Origin: an uncultured Gammaproteobacteria bacterium
GTDB taxonomy: Bacteria; Patescibacteriota; Microgenomatia; JAMCZE01
Length of the DNA stretch: 64,000 nucleotides
Reading direction: 5' to 3'
Assembly: GCA_964576435.1 (NCBI GenBank)
Contig: CAZNUP010000001.1
Location: 378,259-442,258 of the forward strand
The translations under genes were made by a program, and so were the position numbers. The stretch's first letter is position 1; every line of letters starts with the position of its first letter. The notes below the pieces were generated by a model. The model was not told the origin of the DNA. It saw nothing but the letters and a program-made list of their open reading frames with translations, and made no database searches. Below are positions 54,949 to 64,000 of this stretch, piece by piece.

Positions 54949-57020
54949 AAAAATTTATACCACTATTTTTTCTATTTATTTTTACGTTCCTAGCATTCAA
55001 GCCGTTTTTTATTGACGGCAAATTACCAATTCCAGCTGACACATTAGTTGGCCTTTACCATCCTTGGCGAGATCAACAAAGTGCAAACTATCCAAATGGT
55101 GTTCCGTTCGATAATTTTCTAATAACTGACCCAATCCGCCAGCAGTATCCTTGGCGAAAATTAGCAGTCGAAAGTTTTAAAAATAACGAGTGGCCCAACT
55201 GGAATCCTTATCAATTATCAGGCACACCACTTCTAGCAAATTTGCAAACCGCCGCCCTTGCCCCTCTTAATGTTCTCTATTTTGTTCTACCATTTGAAAC
55301 TTCTTGGAGTATCCAAATTATTCTTCAAGTTCTCCTTGGTGGATTTTTTATGTATCTCTATTTGAGAAGTTTAAAGCTAGATATTTGGGCTATAACTCTC
55401 GGGACATTGTCTTGGGTTGGAAGTGGGTTTTTTGTAGGCTGGTTAGAATGGAACACTCTTGTTCAAGTCGCACTTTGGCTTCCACTAAGTCTCTATTTAG
55501 TTGATAAAGTATTTTTCTCCAAAAAGAAAATTATCTTTTCTGGTCTTTTTGCTCTTTCACTGGCGGCCAGTTTTCTTTCTGGGCATTTGCAGATCTTCTC
55601 CTATGTATTAGTTTTTGTAGTAGTTTACTCTCTTGCCAGATTCATCCAAACAAAAAAGATAAAAAGTCTATTATTACTCTTGTTAGCAGGTATTGTTTTC
55701 GTAATTTTAACCTCTCCTCAATGGATGCCAATGCTCACGCTTTTTGGTGAAAGTTCAAGAAGCCTTTCTCCAAATAGTTGGCAAAATCCAGGGTGGTTCC
55801 TTCCAGTTCAAAACTTAGCCCAGTTTATAGCACCTGATTTTTTTGGAAATCCTGCAACTTTGAACTATTTTGGAGTTTGGAACTACTTGGAATTTGTTGG
55901 TTACATAGGACTCGTTGGTTTGTTCTTTGCGCTTTTAGCACTAATTGGTAGGAGAGATAAAAAAACATTATTTTTTGGAGTTATCGTAGTAGTTTCTTTA
56001 GTTTTTATGCTTCCCACATTTTTTGCGAAACTTCCTTTTATATTTAATTTTCCCTTACTCTCGCAGGCACAACCAACCAGACTTATTGTATTAGTTGATT
56101 TCTCCCTGTCCGTTTTAGGAGCGTTGGGTTTGGATCATCTTTTAAAAAATAAAGACAAAAAGTCTGCCTTAATTTCACTTGGCATAATGTTCTTTGCACT
56201 TCTATTCCTTTGGGGAATTGCCTTAAGAAACGACTTTCCAGTCAGCTTAAGGAATCTCGTTTTACCATCGGGCACATTTTTGATCCTGGCACTGCTAGTC
56301 TTTGGGTTAGTTCTAGGAGGGACGCGGAAGAAGATGGTTTTATTAATTAGCATTTGTCTAATTTTTGTAGCATTTTTTGATATTTATAGATTTTTTGGGA
56401 AGTTTGAGTCTTTTTCAAATCCTGAATGGCTCTACCCAAAAAACAAAACCTTAACTTTCTTGATGAAAAACACTTCCTCTAACGAGGGTCCAACTAGGAT
56501 TGCCACTCTTGATGATAGGATCTTGCCACCAAACACCAATCTTCCATACAAACTTCAGTCAGTCGACGGCTATGACTCATTCTTTTTGACAGGTTATGCA
56601 AGTCTTGTTTCAAAGTACGAGAAAAACTATTCCTGGAATAGAATTTTGACTCCTAAAAATTTAACCACCCCACTTTTTGATACTTTGGGAGTTAAATATG
56701 TTCTCTCTTTGGATGCTGTAAAAAATCCAGGGTACAAATTAGTTTATGAGGAAGGACAAACTAAAGTTTATGAAAATATTTCGAGGAATCCTCGCGTAAA
56801 GGTATCGAGTGGCAAAGCTAAGATTATTAGTTACCAACCAAATGAAGTAATAATAACTGTAAATACCCCAAAAGCCAGTAAATTAGTTCTTTATGATCCT
56901 TATTATTCTTCATGGAAAGCAGCTGTGGACGGGAAGGAAACTGATATCCTCTTAACAGAACAAGCGTTTCGTGGAATAATGGTTCCACAAGGGAAGCACA
57001 CTGTCCGCTTTTTCTTCTAA
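54945..57020 (+). CDS. YfhO-family GT-C membrane glycosyltransferase, paralogue 2
   Basis: 691 aa. 'GLYHPWRDQQ...IRQQYPWRKLAVESFKNNEWPNWNPYQLSGTPLLANLQ' aligns with the 41931 paralogue ('FYFPWNSGG...IRQIYPWKELVINQLKIGEWPLWNPYNFSGTPLLANLQ'). Confidence 0.75.
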   Translation: MKKFIPLFFLFIFTFLAFKPFFIDGKLPIPADTLVGLYHPWRDQQSANYPNGVPFDNFLITDPIRQQYPWRKLAVESFKNNEWPNWNPYQLSGTPLLANLQTAALAPLNVLYFVLPFETSWSIQIILQVLLGGFFMYLYLRSLKLDIWAITLGTLSWVGSGFFVGWLEWNTLVQVALWLPLSLYLVDKVFFSKKKIIFSGLFALSLAASFLSGHLQIFSYVLVFVVVYSLARFIQTKKIKSLLLLLLAGIVFVILTSPQWMPMLTLFGESSRSLSPNSWQNPGWFLPVQNLAQFIAPDFFGNPATLNYFGVWNYLEFVGYIGLVGLFFALLALIGRRDKKTLFFGVIVVVSLVFMLPTFFAKLPFIFNFPLLSQAQPTRLIVLVDFSLSVLGALGLDHLLKNKDKKSALISLGIMFFALLFLWGIALRNDFPVSLRNLVLPSGTFLILALLVFGLVLGGTRKKMVLLISICLIFVAFFDIYRFFGKFESFSNPEWLYPKNKTLTFLMKNTSSNEGPTRIATLDDRILPPNTNLPYKLQSVDGYDSFFLTGYASLVSKYEKNYSWNRILTPKNLTTPLFDTLGVKYVLSLDAVKNPGYKLVYEEGQTKVYENISRNPRVKVSSGKAKIISYQPNEVIITVNTPKASKLVLYDPYYSSWKAAVDGKETDILLTEQAFRGIMVPQGKHTVRFFF

Positions 57021-57024
57021 TTTA

Positions 57025-57708
57025 ATGAAGCTTTCAGTGATCATACCCGTTTTCAATGAGAAGAAGACTATCTCCAAGGTTATAAAAACAATTAAGAAAA
57101 CCACCTTCTTTGGATGGAAAAAAGAAATAATTGTTGTTGATGATGGTTCAACAGACGGGACAGTGGAAAGTTTGAGTCACTTTAAAGGCATTTATTCCCT
57201 AAAACACAAGAAAAATCTTGGCAAAGGAGCAGCCATAAAAAGTGGTCTTAGAAAAGCAAACGGTGACTACATAATTATTCAAGATGCTGATTTGGAGTAC
57301 AACCCATCAGAGATAGAAATACTCATTGCTGCGGCCAAACACAATCCAAAAGCTGTAATTTATGGCTCAAGGTTTAGAGGTAAACATGAAGACACTATTT
57401 TTGGCCACAAATTTGGAAATATGGCTTTAACCAAATTAACAAACCTCCTTTATGGCTCTCAGTTGTCCGATATGCAGACTTGCTATAAACTTATTCCAAG
57501 AGCGTTTCTAAGGAAAATAAAAATTGACAGTATGCGCTTTAATTTTGAGCCTGAAGTAACCGCTAAGCTTCTTTTGGCAAAGAAGGATATCCTAGAGGTA
57601 CCGATTTCTTATAAGAAACGAAGTTTTAGCGAAGGAAAAAAACTTTTTTGGTTCAAAGACGGAACTAGTGCAGTATGGACACTATTAAAATATCGATTCT
57701 TCTCTTAA
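57025..57708 (+). CDS. GT2 polyprenyl-phosphate sugar synthase (Dpm1-like)
   Basis: 'LSVIIPVFNEKKTI', 'VVDDGSTDGT', 'QDADLEYNP'. Confidence 0.85.
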   Translation: MKLSVIIPVFNEKKTISKVIKTIKKTTFFGWKKEIIVVDDGSTDGTVESLSHFKGIYSLKHKKNLGKGAAIKSGLRKANGDYIIIQDADLEYNPSEIEILIAAAKHNPKAVIYGSRFRGKHEDTIFGHKFGNMALTKLTNLLYGSQLSDMQTCYKLIPRAFLRKIKIDSMRFNFEPEVTAKLLLAKKDILEVPISYKKRSFSEGKKLFWFKDGTSAVWTLLKYRFFS

Positions 57709-59255
57709 TACTATTTTTAGCATTCTTGGTGCGTGGTTTTAACTTCGGTTCAAATCCACCATCCCTGAATTCTGACGAAGCTGCAATTGGCTACAACGCC
57801 TATTCCATTTTGAAAACCGGTAAAGACGAATATGGGCAATCTTTCCCATTAGCTTTCAGATCATTTGACGATTACAAGCCACCACTCTATATTTACTTAA
57901 CTGTTCCCTCAGTGGCCGTTTTTGGTCCTACAAGTTTCGGAATAAGATTGCCGGCCCTTATTTTGGGTCTCCTTTCAATTGTTTCAGTCTTTCTGTTGGT
58001 TAAAGAAGTATCGAAGAAATTCTATCTTGGAGCACTTGCCGCATTTCTTTTGGCAATAAGTCCCTGGCACATTCTTTTTTCAAAAGTGGCCTTTGAAGCA
58101 GGCGGATTAGTCTTTTTGTTCTCTTTAGGTTCCTATTTCTTTCTTAAAGCAAAAACTAGGCCCTGGTTTTATACAGGAGCTCTCATTTGTTTTGCTCTAG
58201 CTCCATTTTTGTATCAAGCAGGTAAAGTAATAGCTCCATTATTGGTTATTATTCTGATCTTAACTAACTGCTCCAAAAAACTATTAGTCTCAATTCTTTT
58301 TGCCATAGTTCTCTTACCCGGTTTTTTAACACTAGTATCAAGTGAAGGCTCACTTCGCTATAGAGGTTTAAGTGTTCTTAGTGACCCAGGTATTGAAAGC
58401 CAGACAACAAGCGACCGAAAAATTGACTGGCTTAGAGGGGACAACAAGTCCGCGCTTCTCTTCCACTCCGAGATAAAAACTGCCGGTCTTAAAGTTGCAA
58501 ACAACTACTTCTCATATTTTAGACCTGACTTTCTTTTTCTAGCAAATGGAGACAACAGATTACCATACGTCCCAGACACAGGATTTCTCTATCTAATTGA
58601 GCTTCCACTCCTTTTTATTGGTGTCTACTTTTTGTGGCGTAAAACTTCAAAGAACCTGGCCATTTTTATTACATTGTGGCTAGTGATAGCTCCAATTCCA
58701 GCAAGCATTGTAATTGGTTCACCAAATTCAATTAGAGCATCGTTAATGATTGTTCCTTTGTACACAATGATTGCCTATGGTATTTACTATTTAACAAAAG
58801 AATTTTCAAAAGTATCTAAGTTTGTCTTTCCAATTCTTTTTGCAATTTCTCTAGCATTTTATCTCCATGAGCTTTTGATTCATGCACCAGTTGTTAACAG
58901 TAAAACTTGGTATTACTCACTTGAAGACACAGTAAAGTACACGGAAAGTATAAAAGGGGGTTATGACAAAATTTATGTTTCTAACTCCATTGACGAACCA
59001 TATATTTTCTTTTTGCTTTACTCAGCAAAAGACCCAGCTAAGTATTTAAAACAAGGGGGCACTGTCTCTGGTGGATTTAAAGAAGATAGAAATAAATTTG
59101 ATAAATACAAATTCGTTTTCCTAGACTTTGAAAAACTAAAAAAACAACCAAATACTCTGATAGTTGGAACTCCCAAAGATTTTCCAAATGATGCTGTGCC
59201 ATCGAAGACCCTTAATTATTTAAATGGTGAACCTTCCATTTTCATTTTCCAATGA
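57675..59255 (+). CDS. GT39-like membrane glycosyltransferase, paralogue 2
   Basis: 'LVRGFNFGSNPPSLNSDEAAIGYNAYSILKTGKDEYGQSFP'. Confidence 0.75.
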   Translation: MDTIKISILLLILFLAFLVRGFNFGSNPPSLNSDEAAIGYNAYSILKTGKDEYGQSFPLAFRSFDDYKPPLYIYLTVPSVAVFGPTSFGIRLPALILGLLSIVSVFLLVKEVSKKFYLGALAAFLLAISPWHILFSKVAFEAGGLVFLFSLGSYFFLKAKTRPWFYTGALICFALAPFLYQAGKVIAPLLVIILILTNCSKKLLVSILFAIVLLPGFLTLVSSEGSLRYRGLSVLSDPGIESQTTSDRKIDWLRGDNKSALLFHSEIKTAGLKVANNYFSYFRPDFLFLANGDNRLPYVPDTGFLYLIELPLLFIGVYFLWRKTSKNLAIFITLWLVIAPIPASIVIGSPNSIRASLMIVPLYTMIAYGIYYLTKEFSKVSKFVFPILFAISLAFYLHELLIHAPVVNSKTWYYSLEDTVKYTESIKGGYDKIYVSNSIDEPYIFFLLYSAKDPAKYLKQGGTVSGGFKEDRNKFDKYKFVFLDFEKLKKQPNTLIVGTPKDFPNDAVPSKTLNYLNGEPSIFIFQ

Positions 59256-60745
59256 AAACAAATTTAGTTTTAATCGCAATACTACTGCTTTCCAGCCTGC
59301 TGCGCTTTTACAACATCACTAAAGTTCCTCCCAATTTAAATTGGGACGAAGTGGCAATTGGCTATAACGCCTTTTCCATAAATGAAACGGGTAAAGATGA
59401 ATGGGGGAATAAGTACCCTGTTTTATTTAAATCTTTTGGTGACTATAAACCACCAGTCTATATTTATTCTGTAGCACTAGCAGAGAAACTATTCGGTCAG
59501 ACAGATTTTTCAGTTCGCTTGCCATCAGCTCTAGCTGGTATTTTTACTACTTGTGTAGTCTTCCTCTTGGTAAGAGAGCTTTTTAATTCTTCAAAAAAGA
59601 AAACAAAACTCGCACTGATGGCCGCTTTTTTATTTGCAGTTTCGCCATGGGCACTACAATTCAACAGGGCTGGATTTGAAGCAAGTCTCGCGTTATTTCT
59701 CGTAACAACTGGTGTTTATTTTTTTCTATTGGCATTGAAAGAAAAAATTATTTGGCTCCTACCATCATTAATCTTTTTTTCTTTGGCAACAGCCACTTAT
59801 CACAATGCTAGAATTTTTGTCCCACTTTTTGTAGGAGTTCTATTTTTGCTAAATTTCCGTTATCTATGGAAAAAGATATTGCCCATCGCTCTAATTTTAA
59901 TTTTTGTTTTTATTCTTAATATCCCTTATCTTGGAACCTGGGTTTCAAATGAAGGCAGAGCAAGATTTGTTTCAGAAAGTGTAATTAATCAGCCAGGTAA
60001 CTTAGTGGAAAACCTGCAAACTAACTATCTGGGCAATTTTAGTTCCGATTATTTGTTTTTCAGAGGCGATCAAAACGGTCGTCACTCCGTAAAAAAGCTC
60101 GGTCAAAATTATCTTTGGGAACTACCATTTTTCCTCTTTGGTGCTTATATCCTAATTAAAAAAAGAAACAAAGCATCGTGGCTAATAATTTCCTGGCTTC
60201 TTTTAGCTGCAATCCCTCCAACTATGACAAAAGTTTCTCCTCACGCTCTTCGTGGACTGTTGATGGTAATTCCTATTTTGACAATTACTGCTCTTGGGCT
60301 AGTAACAATTAACAGAAAAAAGCTGTTAACAGTTATTGTTCTGCCAATATTTCTCTTTTTCTTTGTCCTATATCTACACACTTACTTTGAACATTATCCA
60401 AAAGCCTACGCACTTGATTGGCAGGATGGTAGTAAGCAAGCAGTGGAGGATTTAACAAAACTAAGTCCAAGTTATGATCAGATTTTTGTACATCCATCAC
60501 TTGATCCAACTTTCATTCTTTTTTACAACTCTTACCCTCCAGAAAAATTATATGAAAAGCATCATGTGACCAAGAATTTAGGAAAATTCTATTATCATGA
60601 CTTAAATACTCAGCCAATAAAGAAAAATCCCACTAAGAAAAGTCTCATTTTAGCTCCCGCCACAACCACTCCAGGTAACTCAAAACAACTTGAAGAAATT
60701 GATATGACTAATGGTGAAGCCATTTTTAAAATATATGAATTTTAA
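59252..60745 (+). CDS. GT39-like membrane glycosyltransferase, paralogue 3 (tandem duplicate)
   Basis: 'LLRFYNITKVPPNLNWDEVAIGYNAFSINETGKDEWGNKYP'. ATGA-type overlap with the upstream gene. Confidence 0.75.
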   Translation: MKTNLVLIAILLLSSLLRFYNITKVPPNLNWDEVAIGYNAFSINETGKDEWGNKYPVLFKSFGDYKPPVYIYSVALAEKLFGQTDFSVRLPSALAGIFTTCVVFLLVRELFNSSKKKTKLALMAAFLFAVSPWALQFNRAGFEASLALFLVTTGVYFFLLALKEKIIWLLPSLIFFSLATATYHNARIFVPLFVGVLFLLNFRYLWKKILPIALILIFVFILNIPYLGTWVSNEGRARFVSESVINQPGNLVENLQTNYLGNFSSDYLFFRGDQNGRHSVKKLGQNYLWELPFFLFGAYILIKKRNKASWLIISWLLLAAIPPTMTKVSPHALRGLLMVIPILTITALGLVTINRKKLLTVIVLPIFLFFFVLYLHTYFEHYPKAYALDWQDGSKQAVEDLTKLSPSYDQIFVHPSLDPTFILFYNSYPPEKLYEKHHVTKNLGKFYYHDLNTQPIKKNPTKKSLILAPATTTPGNSKQLEEIDMTNGEAIFKIYEF

Positions 60746-61157
60746 TCCCTATACCTGTATAAATAGCCGAATCAAACTTGATCTTCCAAATCAGTTTTGG
60801 GAAGCAAGAAGCTTTGACGATCCAGGAAGTCTTTTGGCAAAAGTCCTTCACAACAAGGCTTATCTAATTTTCGATAACTACACGAGGTGTTACACCAGTT
60901 TCTTTTCCCCAGAAACTATTGCCATGGTTTTTACAATTGTAAGTGTTCCTCTATTTTTCGCAGGTATTTACTTCCTTATCTCGAAGAAGGTGTATTGGCC
61001 ATTAATTGTTCTTCTTTTATCTCCCATGCCGATATTATTTGAGTTTCCACAAAATACTTTCATTAGGCAAATTCCACTTTTGTTATCTCAATCTGCGATA
61101 ATGATATACGGTCTATGGCATTTATTAAAAACACTAAAGTCATCCTGGCGGGCATAG
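60735..61157 (+). CDS. Small 3-TM membrane protein, hypothetical (possible remnant or accessory subunit)
   Basis: ORF bridging two GT39 paralogues, overlapping both. No homology recognised. Confidence 0.35.
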   Translation: MNFNPYTCINSRIKLDLPNQFWEARSFDDPGSLLAKVLHNKAYLIFDNYTRCYTSFFSPETIAMVFTIVSVPLFFAGIYFLISKKVYWPLIVLLLSPMPILFEFPQNTFIRQIPLLLSQSAIMIYGLWHLLKTLKSSWRA

Positions 61158-62734
61158 TTTTGGTAGCTAGCCTTTTAAGGCTTTTTAATCTTGGAACTAA
61201 TCCACCTGCACTATACTGGGACGAAAGCAGTTTAGGTTTTAATGCGTTTGCAATTTCTGAAAGCCTGCATGATGAACATGGGGAATTTTTACCGTTTTCC
61301 AGGTTCATTGCGTATGGTGACTACAAGCCACCTCTCTATATTTATGCGGCCGCACCTTTTGTAAAAATATTTGGATTAAATGAGTTTACAACTCGTTTAC
61401 CGTCAGCCCTTTCAGGTATTGCTTTAACAGTTCTTGGTTATTTCCTGGTTTTAGAAATACTAAGATCTTCCAAATTAAGAAAGAGAGCAGCTCTTTTAAC
61501 AAGTTTCATAATTGCAATTTCCCCTTGGATGCTTCAAATATCAAGGGCAGCCTTTGAAGCAAACCTAGCAACGGCTCTCATGTGTGCTGGGGTCCTATTT
61601 CTGTTAAAGTTTTTTAGAACCTACGAATATAAATTCCTTTTTCTTGGTGGTTTGTTTGCGACTCTTCCTGTATACACGTTTAATTCCCACAGAGTTAGTA
61701 TCCCGCTTTTAGTTGGTTTAATTTTTATCTTAAATCTCAAACGGCACCTTCCTTGGAAAAAATTGATCATTTTGGTGGCTTTCATGGGAGTTTTAGTTTT
61801 ACCAGCAATTCCTCATTTAGTTTCCCCAGAAGGTAGGTTGCGTTTCCAAGAAGTTGCTTGGGTAAATGATCTTGCACCCATTATTCAGTCCAATGATCGG
61901 ATTGCAACAGATAGTGGAAGTTTAGCGGGAAAAATTCTGCACAACCGCCGGATCGTCTACGGTTTAGAATTTCTAAACCATTTTTCGGATCATTTAAATC
62001 CGGACTATCTATTTGTGTCAGGGGACGAGAATCCAAAGTTATCAATACAAAAAATAGGGGAGTTCTATTGGTTTGATTTAGCTCTCATCCTTTTGGGCCT
62101 AGTCTTTCTTATAAAATTTCAAAAAAAAGCAGGCCTTCTTCTTGTTGGCTGGATCATTATTGGGATAATTCCAGCTGCCCTGGCAAGAGAAACTCCCCAT
62201 GCACTAAGAACTGCTGCAAGTCTTCCAGCTCCACAAATAATAATTGGCGTAGGACTTGCTTATGGAATGAGTCTTATAAGTGGAAAATATCGGAAATTAG
62301 CAGCTGCTGTTCTCAGTATTATTGTCGTGCTTTTCTTAGCAAACTATCTGACCCTCTACTACAAATGGTACCCGCTTCGTTATGCTTCAGCTTGGCAATA
62401 CGGTTATAAACAGATGGTTTTGGAAGTTACCAAAGATCTCCCAAGATATAAAGGCGTGGTAGTGACTAAGGAATTGGGTCGCCCCTATATTTATTTCCTT
62501 TTCTACAATCAAGTTACCCCAGAAGAATATTTAAAAAATTCCGATGTCACTCATGATTCGTTTGGGTTTTATGACGTTAACCGTTTTGGGAAAATCTATT
62601 TCACCGAATCAGATAAGCCTGGTAAGGGATGGTTGTATGTGAGAGTTCCAGGAAAAAGTCCTCAAGGATCAAAAGTGATAAAGACAATTACAGATTTAGA
62701 GGGCAAAAAAGTATTTGAAATAAGTACAAGATGA
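61115..62734 (+). CDS. GT39-like membrane glycosyltransferase, paralogue 4
   Basis: 'LLRLFNLGTNPPALYWDESSLGFNAFAISESLHDEHGEFLP'. Confidence 0.75.
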   Translation: MAFIKNTKVILAGIVLVASLLRLFNLGTNPPALYWDESSLGFNAFAISESLHDEHGEFLPFSRFIAYGDYKPPLYIYAAAPFVKIFGLNEFTTRLPSALSGIALTVLGYFLVLEILRSSKLRKRAALLTSFIIAISPWMLQISRAAFEANLATALMCAGVLFLLKFFRTYEYKFLFLGGLFATLPVYTFNSHRVSIPLLVGLIFILNLKRHLPWKKLIILVAFMGVLVLPAIPHLVSPEGRLRFQEVAWVNDLAPIIQSNDRIATDSGSLAGKILHNRRIVYGLEFLNHFSDHLNPDYLFVSGDENPKLSIQKIGEFYWFDLALILLGLVFLIKFQKKAGLLLVGWIIIGIIPAALARETPHALRTAASLPAPQIIIGVGLAYGMSLISGKYRKLAAAVLSIIVVLFLANYLTLYYKWYPLRYASAWQYGYKQMVLEVTKDLPRYKGVVVTKELGRPYIYFLFYNQVTPEEYLKNSDVTHDSFGFYDVNRFGKIYFTESDKPGKGWLYVRVPGKSPQGSKVIKTITDLEGKKVFEISTR

Positions 62735-64000
62735 AAAAGCTATTAGTTCTTGGTTTTATCTTTTATGTTTTTCTCTCTTGGGTCGTGTTCTTTAGGTTTG
62801 AGTGGGCTCTTTCAATCTATGCCAAAAATTATCCCGATGTCGCCCTTTTATTGCCACAAATTAGAGATTTTCTTCTTAAACTTTATCTAAACACCGTCCC
62901 CACTTTGCTTTTTGGGGCTTTGGTTGTTGGCTTGTTTGCTGCCTACTTGTATAGCCTAAGAGACAAATTGACTGCTAAATCAGTCATCATCTACGCAATT
63001 CTTTTTCAAATTATTGTCCTTTTTTCCTATCCAATTCTTTCAACTGATATTTATGGCTACATAGTTTCAGATAGGCTAGCCATTGTTCACAATTCTAACG
63101 TTTGGACAACGAAACCGAATGCGTTCCCGGAAGACAAGTTTTACAATTTAGCTGATTACACAGATCAAGTTAGAATTTATGGACCGGTAAATCAGGGTAT
63201 TTATGCTATCCCCACAGTTTTATCTGGAGACGATGTCTTAACGAATGTTTTAGTTCACAAACTTGTGGTTATGGTTTTTGTCATAGCTAGTTTGTTTGTA
63301 GTGAAAAAAATAAATTCTGATCCGAAAATTTTGGCACTAATTTTTTGGAACCCTCTTCTAGTTTTAGAAACTGCAGGTTCAGGTCACAACGACATAATAA
63401 TGCTGTTTTTCCTACTCCTTTGTTATTTGTTCTTTACTAATAAGCGCTATCTCTTAGCGGGTCTTATGGCCGCTCTTTCAGTGCAAGTTAAGGCAACACC
63501 ACTGCTCCTATTGCCTTTTATTTTTATATTTTTTATCAAAAATACCAGTTGGAAAGCTATGCTTCAATTCTTCGTGTCATTCGTGGCGGTTTATCTAATA
63601 ACTTTCTTGCCAATGCAGACATCCTTTGGTGCGCTTTTAAGTCGTCAAGCACAAGCAACCGGTGCCTATTGGCAATCATTGCCACTATTAATTGACAGGT
63701 ACATTCAACCATTAGCATTCTTATTAAAAATAGCCTTGCCCTTAGTCTTATTAGTCCAGGCGACCAGGACATTTCTTGGAGAAAATCCATGGAGAATGTT
63801 TGTCCAAACGCTATTTATCTATCTTCTTTTCTTCTTGCCAACTCTTTGGAACTGGTATCCACTTTGGGTATTAGCTCTTGCCCCGCTGCTATTTTCTCTT
63901 AAGTCCCGCACAGTTTGGGCCATAGTTGGAATGACCTTTGGCGCCCTTTTTGCATACGTTGTCTATTGGACAGGTCAAAGAATTGATTACTTTCAAAGCC
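62731..64000 (+). CDS. DUF2029/GT87-like GT-C membrane protein (3'-partial, runs off window); paralogue of 37660
   Basis: ATGA overlap. 'TDIYGYIVSDRLAIVHNSNVWTTKPNAFPED...RIYGP' parallels the 37660-gene motif. No stop codon before the window end, so it is absent from the ORF track. Confidence 0.6.
   Translation, partial: MKKLLVLGFIFYVFLSWVVFFRFEWALSIYAKNYPDVALLLPQIRDFLLKLYLNTVPTLLFGALVVGLFAAYLYSLRDKLTAKSVIIYAILFQIIVLFSYPILSTDIYGYIVSDRLAIVHNSNVWTTKPNAFPEDKFYNLADYTDQVRIYGPVNQGIYAIPTVLSGDDVLTNVLVHKLVVMVFVIASLFVVKKINSDPKILALIFWNPLLVLETAGSGHNDIIMLFFLLLCYLFFTNKRYLLAGLMAALSVQVKATPLLLLPFIFIFFIKNTSWKAMLQFFVSFVAVYLITFLPMQTSFGALLSRQAQATGAYWQSLPLLIDRYIQPLAFLLKIALPLVLLVQATRTFLGENPWRMFVQTLFIYLLFFLPTLWNWYPLWVLALAPLLFSLKSRTVWAIVGMTFGALFAYVVYWTGQRIDYFQS

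Noticed and set aside
1-64000. CRISPR arrays, transposases/integrases, rRNA and tRNA genes
   Set aside because: I found no direct-repeat/spacer periodicity, no DDE/tyrosine-recombinase-like ORFs, no rRNA-like conserved blocks and no tRNA cloverleaf candidates in intergenic regions. The TTAA junctions flank ordinary genes without inverted terminal repeats.

Overview
The window reads as an AT-rich, gene-dense bacterial chromosome segment. Genes are tightly packed, often ATGA-overlapped, and several appear leaderless. The gene content is minimalist (archaeal-type short AspRS, short TsaB, reduced RNase P RNA), which fits a Candidate Phyla Radiation/Patescibacteria-like lineage; that placement is inference. 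I found no CRISPR array, rRNA, tRNA or obvious mobile element.

The window falls into three blocks.

1. Housekeeping, 1-21 kb. ftsX with a PcsB/EnvC-like hydrolase, an antisense reduced RNase P RNA, a holin-like TM region fused to an alkaline-phosphatase-family domain, a SurA-like chaperone, a DUF3048 protein, secD and secF, the CCA-adding enzyme, recJ, a T-box-like leader upstream of aspS, a D-Ala-D-Ala carboxypeptidase, dinB, tsaE and tsaB, and a class-III aminotransferase.

2. Cell-surface island, about 21-32.5 kb. A family of secreted N/S/T-rich tandem-repeat proteins with conserved Cys-pair motifs sits next to a sortase. Several proteins carry C-terminal sorting-signal-like tails: IPATG once, and a recurrent LSKT motif. 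On the minus strand there is a complete SipW-type signal peptidase operon with two TasA/camelysin-like proteins (one fused to RTX Ca-binding repeats) and a Lamin-Tail-Domain protein. All three carry SipW-cognate-type signal peptides.

3. Glycosylation mega-locus, about 33.4 kb to the window end. At least 14 GT-C-type polytopic membrane glycosyltransferases (GT39/PMT-ArnT-like, YfhO-like, DUF2029/GT87-like and others) are interleaved with at least 6 Dpm1/GtrB-like GT2 polyprenyl-phosphate-sugar synthases, plus a GtrA, a Wzx-like flippase and a GT4.

Blocks 2 and 3 together look like a coupled system for exporting, anchoring or polymerising heavily glycosylated surface fibres or adhesins. I have not seen this described as a unit.
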